Positions 10,436 to 20,190 are shown, counted from the stretch's first letter. The stretch: 64,000 nucleotides of DNA from an uncultured Candidatus Babeliaceae bacterium (GCA_963704655.1 OY969927.1:1024001-1088000); one strand, 5' to 3'. Numbers and translations: made by a program. Notes: generated by a model not told the origin, from the letters alone.

Positions 10436-11788
10436 ATGACGAGCAATTTTTTATCACTCACTTTTATTTTCAGCACACTATGTGCAGATTATATACCAAC
10501 TGATCCACAAACGGTTACAGACTGGTATGCATGCACAAAAAATATCACAGCATTAACAAATTCCCAACCGCTTATTAGTTATGCGCAATTCATAACAACA
10601 ATTAATCAATTTATTGAACATCAAATTAACATCATAAACAAAACAAGATGGTTTGGTAAAAAAGTTGAAGCATACAACCCTACTTTTAACACCTTGTATA
10701 ACCCTTCTGCTATAAAACCATACGTAGGGAAGTTAAAACTTGCGCAAGCTACAGAAGTTTTTTATTGGGGTGATTTGCATGGCGATATACAAGCATTAAC
10801 GTATTCACTCTATAAACTTTACCAAGATGGCGTTATCGACAATAACTTAAAGATAAGGTCTACGTATGTTTATTTTTTATTTTTAGGCGATTTAGTTGAC
10901 CGCGGTTTGCACGGCGCAGAAGTTATGACGCTACTTTTTAGTTTAGCACTTAAAAACCCTGAACAAGTTATAATTATTCGTGGAAATCACGAGGATCTTT
11001 ACCAAAATATGAATATGGGCGGCCCACACTTTCTGGAAGATCTTTTAAGAATTTCAGGTTTTGAATATGGATCAACCGAATGTGTGGATCTTCTCAACAA
11101 CATCAACCAACTTTATAACATCTTGCCTGTTGCATGTTTTGTCGGCTGTAATAACGACTATCTTCAATGTTGCCACGGTGGTCTTGAATGCCGATACAAC
11201 CCACGAGACTTTTTAAATTCTTTGGCGGACCGATCATTTCATGCTATCACCGAACTTATCAAACCAGAAAGTTTTAATCTAAATAATCCGTATTTTTGGC
11301 ACGAGCTAGCAGTGGATATATCTTGTAACGCGCTTTTTAAAAATATTTCTAGCGGACACATTAAGACGTATCATTTGGGCTTTTTGTGGAACGATTTCAA
11401 TGCGCACCCAGACGAATTTCAAGCATTATTTTCAATTCAAAACAAAGGCAATAGATTTTCTATTGGCCTAACACTTTTCCAAGAAACATTAAAACTATAC
11501 AATACAGGCAATGCTCGTGTTCGTGGATTTATCCGTGCCCATCAGCACAATGACACAATGCCTGGACTTCTAGACCCACGCAATAAGGGATTGTTCGCGA
11601 TCTGGGATAATCAAATACTTACCACCGTTTCAACATCACAATTCGGAACACCTATATCTTTTTTAAAACTTACCCTTGATAATAATTATGATAATTGGCT
11701 CATAACACACTATAATTTCAATCACAAAAAACAATCTTGGCTTATAAGAAAGTCTCGCAAGCAAGATTGGCAAAATGCTATAAGATAG
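10436..11788 (+). CDS. Secreted PPP-family Ser/Thr phosphatase, paralog 2
   Basis: GDLHG, GDLVDRG, RGNHE, CCHGG, LWND, RAHQH; collinear similarity to 8935..10428. Confidence 0.88.
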   Translation: MTSNFLSLTFIFSTLCADYIPTDPQTVTDWYACTKNITALTNSQPLISYAQFITTINQFIEHQINIINKTRWFGKKVEAYNPTFNTLYNPSAIKPYVGKLKLAQATEVFYWGDLHGDIQALTYSLYKLYQDGVIDNNLKIRSTYVYFLFLGDLVDRGLHGAEVMTLLFSLALKNPEQVIIIRGNHEDLYQNMNMGGPHFLEDLLRISGFEYGSTECVDLLNNINQLYNILPVACFVGCNNDYLQCCHGGLECRYNPRDFLNSLADRSFHAITELIKPESFNLNNPYFWHELAVDISCNALFKNISSGHIKTYHLGFLWNDFNAHPDEFQALFSIQNKGNRFSIGLTLFQETLKLYNTGNARVRGFIRAHQHNDTMPGLLDPRNKGLFAIWDNQILTTVSTSQFGTPISFLKLTLDNNYDNWLITHYNFNHKKQSWLIRKSRKQDWQNAIR

Positions 11789-11795
11789 CGAAGGG

Positions 11796-12014
11796 CTACT
11801 TCTTCGTTTTCTTGCCAGCCTTTTGCGTATTATTATTCAAAAGCTGTGATCTTAAAACCTTTGCATAACACTTCTTAAAGAGTTCAGCGTCTCGAGGTGT
11901 CTTGAACTTCAATACTTCTGGTTCTTTATCATCTTGATTCACATTTGGCGCCATGCACTGGCTAGAGCATACCCCAAGAAAGGCCATCAAAAGTATTATT
12001 ATAACCTTTTTCAT
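11796..12014 (-). CDS. Small secreted hypothetical protein
   Basis: MKKVIIILLMAFLGV signal peptide, 72 aa. Confidence 0.6.
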   Translation of the reverse strand: MKKVIIILLMAFLGVCSSQCMAPNVNQDDKEPEVLKFKTPRDAELFKKCYAKVLRSQLLNNNTQKAGKKTKK

Positions 12015-12028
12015 ATAATTCTTTCATA

Positions 12029-12062
12029 AAAAAAGCCATTTAATTTCTTAAATGGCTTTTTT
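12029..12062 (-). terminator. Intrinsic terminator
   Basis: AAAAAAGCCATTTAA / TTAAATGGCTTTTTT inverted repeat. Confidence 0.75.
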
Positions 12063-12086
12063 GTTAATAAATATTTTTTAAATTAA

Positions 12087-12323
12087 TTACTTATTGTTTT
12101 TATGATCGTCGTTGTTATCGCCATGTGGGCAATTATCTTTGTCGCAACATGCAATTTCTTCATCAAACTGGCATCCGCAAGGATCACATTCACATGGGCT
12201 ACACGTGCATGAATTATTCTTACATGTTCTTTCTTCTGCGCGAGCAGGTGTTGCTGTATCTTCAGCAAAAATCGGTAATGCAAAAACTGAAAATAACAAA
12301 ACTAATACAACCAATTTCTTCAT
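12087..12323 (-). CDS. Small secreted Cys-rich (metallothionein-like) protein
   Basis: Signal peptide MKKLVVLVLLFSVFALPIFA, then 10 Cys in CxC/CxxC/CC pattern; AAGGGA RBS. Confidence 0.7.
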   Translation of the reverse strand: MKKLVVLVLLFSVFALPIFAEDTATPARAEERTCKNNSCTCSPCECDPCGCQFDEEIACCDKDNCPHGDNNDDHKNNK

Positions 12324-12378
12324 AAAACTATCCCTTAAGTTTGAACATAACTACTTAACGATATCAAGTATATATACG

Positions 12379-14373
12379 TTAGAACCTATATTCAAGGCCA
12401 AGGTTCATGAAAAACGCAACATGATTATTTGAGAATAAAACACGTTCGCCTATAAAACCAGTTTTTTCATACCTATCAATTGCACTTTTTTGATCTTTAG
12501 TAATCGGCCTGCCTTTAATGTCATCATAATAACTTCCAGGAAAGAACAATGCGCCAACAAAGAATAGTTTAAAATCCTGTGCAAGCATGATGTCACCAAA
12601 GAAGTTTCCTTCAAGCCCAAGCCATTGGCGTGCATTTTTACTGGTGGTTACACCATTTACACGATCAAATATTTTTAGAGGAAACTCTTGCCAATAACTA
12701 ATAATATTTGGCATTACCGTCCATGGCATCTCAAAGAATTTACCCTTGATTTCAAAACTAGGGCCAACATAAATAATATTATTAAAACGAGTAATTAAAT
12801 TTGCTGTAGGGTCAGTTAGATTCAAAGATGCAAAGTTGCTAATTCTTGGCACTTTAGCAGAACCATTTAATAAGAAAGCACTTTTAACTAAAGAACCTTG
12901 GTATACTTCCTGCAAACTGATAAAACCGCGATAATCACCGTCTTTATTACTTTCGCCCAAACCTTCGATATCACGATTTGGATTTACATCGCCAGTTGCA
13001 TAACCAAGCTCAACAGCAAAACGCCAGTTTGGCGCAAAACGATACCCTAAATCTGTAACAAACATAAAACCTGAATATGAATTAGTGTACGGATTAGTGA
13101 AACGGTTATTGGTATTCTGCAAATTTGTTTCATCAATTTGCTGACCATTATATTGTTCACCACGCGGCGCGCTATTAATAATAGTTTGATTTGCAGGTAT
13201 AGAGACTGCTTTTTTACCAGCAATATCACTACCCTGTGTTGCTACCGCAGTAACCTCACTATTTACAATAGTAATAACACCACTTCTATTCTCAATAGTA
13301 ACAATATTACGGTCCCAGCCTTTAACTACCTGACGACCTAAGTTTCTTGCACATTCAAAATCAAATATAAAACCATTATACTCAGAGTTTAATGCAAAAC
13401 CTATAGTACCCAATTTTGATTCAGCATCTCCTACAAATTCAATGCGCTGCTCTGCTTGCCTGTCATACAAAAAGTATGGTTCAAGATGGAATTTTTTATT
13501 ACGATCATCAACCGGCTTCCAAGTAATTCGGCCAGCTAGTAAATAATCGATTTTACCAAAACCACGCGCTGGGTCACAAACTCTGCTTTCACCAACAGAG
13601 TCAAACTCTTGACCTTGTGTTGCAAGATTAACATTGGTAAAGGTATCTGAACGATTTCTTAAAATCGCAGCATATACATCATAAGAAAGATAATTTGGTA
13701 AAACCAGATTGCCAGAAAGCTTAAAACCTGGGGCAAATTGATCGATACCCACCATAGGTGTATACCCAAGAATATCAGGATCTGTCGCATAAGCACTTCC
13801 TAATGAAATACCACGACCTAATTCAAAAGGGAAGAAACCCATAGTGAACTTATGATTATACGTATTTGGTTGATTAAATATCCCCTCAAGAGAAACATCC
13901 ATCCATAATTCACGCATCCATAAAATATACCGATTGACTGGATGAGTGTGAACGCCAAATACCGCGTCACTTAATTTAAGTGGTGCAGGACCTGTTGATG
14001 CTATACTTTCTGGAGCACCCCATGTTCCACGGGTACGAATAGTCGTTTTTAACCTAACTACCTCATATCCACGACTTGGCTTTCCAAGGCCGTAACCCAT
14101 ACTAAAATCTATAGTATGTTTTGCGGGTATTAAAACTTGATCCAAAGGGTCTGGAGAAAACTGCTGAATACCTTTACCATAAAATGCTTCAACACGAAAT
14201 CGAGTTGCAAATTCTAATACGCTATCACCAAATTCCCATCTAAAAGGGGACTTTTTTAATGGCTGAATAATCATTTCTTCTTTGAGATTTTCACAAATCG
14301 GCGCATCTGCGGTTATATTTTTAGTTATAAACAAGAAAGTGAAAATAAGAAAAAACGGCACGTACCGTTTCAT
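12379..14373 (-). CDS. Outer-membrane beta-barrel protein (porin/alginate-export-like)
   Basis: Signal peptide, amphipathic aromatic-rich strands, C-terminal beta-signal MNLGLEYRF. Confidence 0.7.
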   Translation of the reverse strand: MKRYVPFFLIFTFLFITKNITADAPICENLKEEMIIQPLKKSPFRWEFGDSVLEFATRFRVEAFYGKGIQQFSPDPLDQVLIPAKHTIDFSMGYGLGKPSRGYEVVRLKTTIRTRGTWGAPESIASTGPAPLKLSDAVFGVHTHPVNRYILWMRELWMDVSLEGIFNQPNTYNHKFTMGFFPFELGRGISLGSAYATDPDILGYTPMVGIDQFAPGFKLSGNLVLPNYLSYDVYAAILRNRSDTFTNVNLATQGQEFDSVGESRVCDPARGFGKIDYLLAGRITWKPVDDRNKKFHLEPYFLYDRQAEQRIEFVGDAESKLGTIGFALNSEYNGFIFDFECARNLGRQVVKGWDRNIVTIENRSGVITIVNSEVTAVATQGSDIAGKKAVSIPANQTIINSAPRGEQYNGQQIDETNLQNTNNRFTNPYTNSYSGFMFVTDLGYRFAPNWRFAVELGYATGDVNPNRDIEGLGESNKDGDYRGFISLQEVYQGSLVKSAFLLNGSAKVPRISNFASLNLTDPTANLITRFNNIIYVGPSFEIKGKFFEMPWTVMPNIISYWQEFPLKIFDRVNGVTTSKNARQWLGLEGNFFGDIMLAQDFKLFFVGALFFPGSYYDDIKGRPITKDQKSAIDRYEKTGFIGERVLFSNNHVAFFMNLGLEYRF

Positions 14374-14551
14374 AAAAACTCCTGGGATCTTAGAAATTGT
14401 AAGAATTTATCAATTTCACCAAACTTTTTAATGTACAGTGAAGGTAAATGCTATGAAATTATGTAATATTTATACTATTTGTAATCTAATAGATTTGCTT
14501 AATTTGTCAACTCATTTATACTCAATTTTCTTTATAAATAAAGGGATTTTC

Positions 14552-15412
14552 ATGAATAAATTATCAAAGCCATTACTGGGAGTGCATATTTCTGTTGCAG
14601 GGGGACTTTACCATGCAATAAACACCGCGCAAGAGCTTGATTGCACAGCGGTTCAGATATTTACTCATTCCAATAGACAGTGGGAATTCAAATTGCCTAC
14701 ACAAGAGGCTGTAAAAGAGTTTATTGATGCCCAAAAAAATTCATCCGTTGAAACGGTCGTGGTACACGCCAGCTATTTAATGAACCCAGCATCACCCGAG
14801 CAACCAAGTAGAAAAAAAGCTCTTCATATGCTCAAGATGGAACTGCAAGTATGTTCACTATTAAAAGTTCCTTATCTTGTCTTACACCCCGGTTCTCGAC
14901 TCGATTCAGAACTAAAAACCGCCTTAAAGAATTGTGCGGATACGATAAACCAAGCATTAGAAATCACAGGTAACGCAAAGATTTTACTTGAAAATATGGC
15001 AGGCCAAGGATCAGTTATTGGTTCAACCCTTGAAGAACTTCAAGAAATATATCACCATATAGAACAAAAAGGACGCGTAGGGTTTTGTTTTGACACGTGC
15101 CATGGCTTTGCCGCAGGCTACGATTTTACCACGCAAGAAGCCTACACGACGTTTTGGAAAAAATTTGATAACCTTCTTGATATAAAAAAATTACACGTTA
15201 TTCATGTAAACGATTCTCTTAAACCCTTTGAATCACGCGTAGATAGACATACAGATATTGGCAAAGGCAAAATTACACTAGAAGCATTTAAACTTATTAT
15301 GAATGATGAAAAATTCAAAAAAGTTGCAAAGATTTTAGAAACACCCAAAGGATTAGGCCTGGAAGAGGATAAAGAAAATTTATCTTTATTGCGATCATTA
15401 ATAAGAAAATAG
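14552..15412 (+). CDS. nfo: Endonuclease IV
   Basis: GVHIS, HASYLMN, LHPG, LENMAGQG, DTCH, HVNDS, DRH, LETP zinc ligands; start ATG 14552 after AAGGG. Confidence 0.95.
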   Translation: MNKLSKPLLGVHISVAGGLYHAINTAQELDCTAVQIFTHSNRQWEFKLPTQEAVKEFIDAQKNSSVETVVVHASYLMNPASPEQPSRKKALHMLKMELQVCSLLKVPYLVLHPGSRLDSELKTALKNCADTINQALEITGNAKILLENMAGQGSVIGSTLEELQEIYHHIEQKGRVGFCFDTCHGFAAGYDFTTQEAYTTFWKKFDNLLDIKKLHVIHVNDSLKPFESRVDRHTDIGKGKITLEAFKLIMNDEKFKKVAKILETPKGLGLEEDKENLSLLRSLIRK

Positions 15413-15414
15413 AA

Positions 15415-15560
15415 TAAAAATAGTATGCGCCTTTACAAACATAAGGCGCACACCTTATAAAAAGCAGTGCTTACGGAAACTTTGTTGATTATTACCCAGA
15501 AGGAGCAAGGGTAATAATCAACAGATGTTACTTCAAAAGCTTCTCTAAGTTTTTCATGAT
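15415..15560 (-). ncRNA. Candidate small RNA (15-bp perfect hairpin with anti-SD-like loop, own terminator)
   Basis: Perfect IR 15483-15497/15509-15523; second hairpin 15426-15450 with T-tract only on minus strand; boundaries approximate. Confidence 0.3.
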
Positions 15561-15606
15561 TTTAATAAAAAACAACAAAAAATATCTGTGCATGGAAAAT
15601 AGCAAC

Positions 15607-15635
15607 AAAAAAACCCCGTAATTACGGGGTTTTTT
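15607..15635 (-). terminator. Intrinsic terminator of nusA-infB-GT operon
   Basis: AAAAAAACCCCGTAATTACGGGGTTTTTT. Confidence 0.85.
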
Positions 15636-15663
15636 AAATTAATCTGTTGCAATAAAGTAAAAA

Positions 15664-16707
15664 CTACTTTTTCTTGATGAAAAACAGCATATACTTGCCA
15701 TATAATGTTGCGCACCATGCAACGAGCAACAGAAGTAAGACGGCTATTGTTGCAAATAAAGATAGTTGTCCGAAATTAAAAAGCAAAGAAATCATGATAA
15801 GTACAACATTAAATAAAGATACAAAGAACAACACCCCGTTTTTTTTCCAACCTTGAGCCAAAAGGTAGTGAGCAAAATGATCTGGTGAACCTAAATAAAA
15901 TGGTATCTTTTTATACGTTCTTATAATTATCAAACTTGCAACTTCTACAAGTGGCACACCAAGAATAATAACTGGAGTTAAAAAGCCAAAGATGGTGTAG
16001 GTGCCCCAGGGAACCATAAATGGGATAGTAGCCAATAGCCCCCCAATAAATAAGGAACCTGCATCACCAAGATAAATTTTTGCAGGGGTCTTATTAAAAT
16101 AAAGAAAACCTGCGAGGGCTCCAATGCATATAACAATAAGAAGAGAGACTGAATAGAGCCCATACAAGCAAGAAAAAATAAAAAAACCAATGAGTGAGCC
16201 TAAAGCTACGGTACTTGCAAGGCCATCCATAATATCCACCAAATTAAGTGCATTAATAACGGTAAGTATCCAAAAGAAAGAGACCCACATTAAAAAATAT
16301 GGAAGGAAGGAATAAGAAAAGGAGTCAAGAAATTCTTGCTTAAGTGAAAAACCGCCCTTTAAAAAGCAAAGAGCAGCTATAACCTGCCCCAAAAATTTAT
16401 AAAAAACACTTAATGGCATCAAGTCATCCACAAGCCCAACAAGCAATAAAAGTGTTGAACCAATAAGAAAGAGACTTAAATTCCAATCAACAGGAAAAAA
16501 AAGTGCAAGGACAATAATAAAAGAAGAATATACAGCAAGACCACCAAGATACGGTGTTGGCAATTTATGATTTTTTAATGAAGTGGGTTGATCAAGTATA
16601 CCCCGAGCAAAAGCAATTTGAATAAAAAGAGGAGTAGTAAAAAGGCTTACTAAAACTGCGCATACACATGCTATGATAAGCGTTATACAATGGAGCAAAC
16701 CTATCAT
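15664..16707 (-). CDS. MraY/WecA/TagO family polyprenyl-phosphate HexNAc-1-P transferase
   Basis: PTPYLGG, GLVDD, NALNLVDIMDGL, PAKIYLGDAGS, DHFAH; ~10 TM segments. Confidence 0.9.
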   Translation of the reverse strand: MIGLLHCITLIIACVCAVLVSLFTTPLFIQIAFARGILDQPTSLKNHKLPTPYLGGLAVYSSFIIVLALFFPVDWNLSLFLIGSTLLLLVGLVDDLMPLSVFYKFLGQVIAALCFLKGGFSLKQEFLDSFSYSFLPYFLMWVSFFWILTVINALNLVDIMDGLASTVALGSLIGFFIFSCLYGLYSVSLLIVICIGALAGFLYFNKTPAKIYLGDAGSLFIGGLLATIPFMVPWGTYTIFGFLTPVIILGVPLVEVASLIIIRTYKKIPFYLGSPDHFAHYLLAQGWKKNGVLFFVSLFNVVLIMISLLFNFGQLSLFATIAVLLLLLVAWCATLYGKYMLFFIKKK

Positions 16708-16733
16708 ATACTACTTCCTCTTTTTTTATAATT

Positions 16734-18680
16734 TTATTCAGGAACCTCAACAAAACACTCAACGCGATCGTCAACAATCCAATCAGAAAAATTATCAACC
16801 ATAAAAGCACATTCAAAACCAGTTTGAACTTCTTTTACCGTCTTTTTATCCCGTTGTAAACTCTTCAAAGCGCCTTCGCCTACTTTATATTTACCACGAT
16901 ATACGACAACTTTTCCACCTTCTTTAATAAAACGACCAGATTTAACTTGAGCACCTGCAACAATGCCGATCCCTTTAATATCAAATACCTTAAGAACAAC
17001 CGCTTCACCAACTTTCTTGAGCACTTTTTTAACTGGCTTACCTTGTTCTGCAAGCAATTCTAAATCTTCTAACAATTTATAAATAATATCGTGCGTCTTG
17101 ATAATAACGCCCAATTTTTGTGCTTCAAGGGCTGCTACTCTATCTACTTTTACACTAAAAGCGTAAATAATTGCATGCGTTTCATGCGCAAGCTCTACAT
17201 CGTTCTCTGTAACCATTCCGATTCCAGCAGATACAACATGTAAAGGCTTAAAGCTTTTTTTAGATAATTTTGCAATCTCTCCCATAACCGCTTCTTTTGA
17301 AGACATGTTATCTGAGCGAATAATAATAGCAACACCTTCAGATGAAACGTGCATAGTAGCCAATGACGCCTCGCGTTCAACGGGCTTATTTTTTTCTGTT
17401 TTATACTGTTCAGCTGTTACCACTTCTAAAAGCGAACCTACTTCAGGAAGTTCGTCAAAGCCTGCAACTAAAACAGGCCTCGCTGGCAAAACTTCTTTTA
17501 CTTGAACGCCCTGAGCATTGGTCAATGAAGTTACCTTGCCCTGAATTGAACCACAAGTAAAATAATCACCAACTTTAAGAGTTCCCTGATGGGTAATTAC
17601 GGTAGCAACAACTCCGCGACCCTTTTCCATTTTTGATTCAAGGACGAATCCTTTTGAGGGAGCTTTTTTATCGGTAAGAAGATCCATAAGTTGCGATTGA
17701 AGATGAATTACTTCAAGAAGATTTGAAACCCCAGTACCAAGTTTAGCTGAAACCGGAACACAAACAATCTGCCCACCCCAATCCTCTGGTAATAAATCAT
17801 GCTGAGCAAGACCACGCTTTGTAGCTTCTATCTGTGCTGGAGTCGCTTTATCAATCTTATTAAGAGCAACAATAACGGTAATGCCGGCTGCCTTTATTCT
17901 TTTAATAGATTCAACTGTTTGAGGCATAACTCCGTCATCAGCTGCTACAACAAGAATAGCGATATCTGCAACTTTAAGCCCGCGCACACGAATAAGAGAA
18001 AAAGCTTCGTGTCCAGGAGTATCCAAAAACACAATAGGATCATTATCAACGATTACTTCGTAAGCACCAAGATGCTGGGTGATACCACCCTTTTCTTTTT
18101 CTGCTACACGCGTCTTACGAATATAATCCAATAGGGTTGTTTTGCCATGATCTACATGCCCAACAATTACCACAATAGGAGCCCGCTTTTCAGTACCCTT
18201 TGCTGCTGCAATAGAGCGTTCAGCGTCAGATGGTTGTGTCGCGATAGGCTCACTAAAAGGAAAATTAAAATGTGTCGCTAAGTCTTCAACAAGTTTTTCA
18301 GACAAAACATAATTTTTTGGTGCCGCAACACCTTTCTTAAGAAGATAAACGATAACATCATTAACAGACGCATCGGTTATATCGCAAAACTGAGCAACGG
18401 TCATTGAAGTACGAAAAAGTTCTTTTTTAACAGGAGTTTCGACTTCTTTTTTTGTAATATTTTTTTTAAAGTCAAAAGAACGTTGAGTGGATCTTTGATT
18501 GCTAGGATTTTTAATAGCAGCTTCCTTTGGAATATTTTGTTTATTTAAAAAGTTTATCATCTCATCTGTCAATACCGTCATATGGTTTGATACGTTAAAG
18601 CCATTTTCTTGGAGCAAAGCAATAATGTCTTTACTCGAAATACCGCTTTTTTTTGAAAACTCATATACACGAATTGCCAT
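16734..18680 (-). CDS. infB: Translation initiation factor IF-2
   Basis: IF2_N start RVYEFSK, GHVDHGKTT, GGITQH, DTPGHEAF, NKID. Confidence 0.98.
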   Translation of the reverse strand: MAIRVYEFSKKSGISSKDIIALLQENGFNVSNHMTVLTDEMINFLNKQNIPKEAAIKNPSNQRSTQRSFDFKKNITKKEVETPVKKELFRTSMTVAQFCDITDASVNDVIVYLLKKGVAAPKNYVLSEKLVEDLATHFNFPFSEPIATQPSDAERSIAAAKGTEKRAPIVVIVGHVDHGKTTLLDYIRKTRVAEKEKGGITQHLGAYEVIVDNDPIVFLDTPGHEAFSLIRVRGLKVADIAILVVAADDGVMPQTVESIKRIKAAGITVIVALNKIDKATPAQIEATKRGLAQHDLLPEDWGGQIVCVPVSAKLGTGVSNLLEVIHLQSQLMDLLTDKKAPSKGFVLESKMEKGRGVVATVITHQGTLKVGDYFTCGSIQGKVTSLTNAQGVQVKEVLPARPVLVAGFDELPEVGSLLEVVTAEQYKTEKNKPVEREASLATMHVSSEGVAIIIRSDNMSSKEAVMGEIAKLSKKSFKPLHVVSAGIGMVTENDVELAHETHAIIYAFSVKVDRVAALEAQKLGVIIKTHDIIYKLLEDLELLAEQGKPVKKVLKKVGEAVVLKVFDIKGIGIVAGAQVKSGRFIKEGGKVVVYRGKYKVGEGALKSLQRDKKTVKEVQTGFECAFMVDNFSDWIVDDRVECFVEVPE

Positions 18681-18696
18681 CAGAGACCGCCCACTC

Positions 18697-19758
18697 TTAT
18701 TCTATATTTTCTTCTGTAGATTCTTCTATTCTTGGAAGCTCAATTGGTTCATTTTTAACCAAATGAATATTTACACCAGTGAGTTGTGCCGCAAGGGATA
18801 TGTTTTGACCCATTTTACCAATAGCAAAAGATCGCTGATCTTCGTCAACCCATACATTTGCATTAGTATCATCTATCATCTGCACCCTGTTAATCTCGGC
18901 AGGCTTAAGAGCATCGCGGATAAAGGTCTCAATTTCAGATGAATATTCAATAATATCTATCTTTTCATTACCCAATTCACGCAATATAGGCTTAATACGA
19001 GCGCCACCAACGCCTACACAAGTACCAACTGGATCGATATTTTTATCATGCGATACAACTGCAACTTTAGACTTGTACCCAGGGGCACGAACTGCTTTTT
19101 TAATCTCAACAAGCTTTTCAAAAACTTCAGGGATCTCAAGCTCAAAAAGTTTAGATAGAAATTGGACAGAACCTCTGTCTAAGATCAATTGGTTTTCGTG
19201 ACGCGGTTCAGCCAAAACTTCTTTCAATAAAGCACGGATGGAATAACCGATTGATAATTTTTCATCGGGAATCATAAGTGATTTTGGCAGAAAAGCAAAG
19301 GTGTCGCCTAGCTTAACAATAGAGCCACTATGTTCATTTTTATACACAACTCCGTATACAATAGCACCTTCTTTGGGCTTAAATTCATTGTAAATCGTAA
19401 GGGCCTCAATAGAGCGTATTTTCTGGGCAATGATTTGCTTAGCCTTTAAAATCTCAATACGACCAATTTTTTCCGTGAAAGGAACACTAATGGTTTCATC
19501 AATGGCAATATCATCTTTAAGGGCTCGAGCCTTACGAATGCTAATTTGAGTATCTTCATCCTGAACAGTTGAAACAACTGTTTTTTTAATGAATGCTTCG
19601 ATCTCATCAGTTTTTTTATTATATTCTACCGAGATATCTAAGTCCGGATATTTTTTTTTATAAGCAGCTAAGATCCCTTCACACATAATTCCACTAAGAA
19701 CTGTGCGGTCAAGACCTTTTTCTGATACGAGTTCATCTATTACAAGCGAGAGTTTCAC
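18697..19758 (-). CDS. nusA: Transcription termination/antitermination factor NusA
   Basis: LFELEIPE, R.PG.KSK.AV, DPVGTCVGVGG.RI, AIGKMGQN; directly upstream of infB. Confidence 0.97.
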   Translation of the reverse strand: MKLSLVIDELVSEKGLDRTVLSGIMCEGILAAYKKKYPDLDISVEYNKKTDEIEAFIKKTVVSTVQDEDTQISIRKARALKDDIAIDETISVPFTEKIGRIEILKAKQIIAQKIRSIEALTIYNEFKPKEGAIVYGVVYKNEHSGSIVKLGDTFAFLPKSLMIPDEKLSIGYSIRALLKEVLAEPRHENQLILDRGSVQFLSKLFELEIPEVFEKLVEIKKAVRAPGYKSKVAVVSHDKNIDPVGTCVGVGGARIKPILRELGNEKIDIIEYSSEIETFIRDALKPAEINRVQMIDDTNANVWVDEDQRSFAIGKMGQNISLAAQLTGVNIHLVKNEPIELPRIEESTEENIE

Positions 19759-19889
19759 GAGTTCCCTTAAATCCCAAAATTGTGAATTGAGCGAAAATTG
19801 TATTCAAAGAGTACCATAATTTTTTTGTTCTGAAAAGGTATGGCTCTAAATTTCTCTATTCCCCATAAAACATTTCTATTTGTGTATGT

Positions 19890-20190
19890 GCCTATTATTA
19901 TATATATAAATATATTATTAAATATAATAGTAACTGAGCGAGTTTTTGTGGATAACTTTCTGGGCTGATTGATCTGATCAGCATTTTAAAGGGTTTTGGT
20001 ATGTGGATAACTTGTGGATAACTTGTGGATAACCTTGAGAGTAATCACTGGATCGGCATTTCCAATGCATAAGTGCACCAATATGTTTTATGGATCGATA
20101 TATTAAAGAAACCTATTCTTGCCTCTAGGAAAAGTTATCCACATGTAAAAGTGAGTTATCCACAAGTTATCCACAAGTTATCCACATTTT
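19890..20190. other. oriC: Chromosomal replication origin (oriC) candidate
   Basis: Eight perfect DnaA boxes: TGTGGATAA at 19947, 20002, 20013, 20024; TTATCCACA at 20135, 20156, 20167, 20178. A/T-only run 19893-19929. + strand looks C-rich to the left and G-rich to the right. Confidence 0.88.

Noticed and set aside
15495-15512. Loop AGAAGGAGCA as SRP (4.5S) RNA domain IV
   Set aside because: Lacks the CAGG/AGCA internal loop and GNRA-capped helix; the stem is a perfect AT-rich repeat.
20002-20186. Tandem 11-bp repeats as CRISPR array or plasmid iterons
   Set aside because: Units are consensus DnaA boxes with 2-bp linkers; no spacers, no cas or rep genes.
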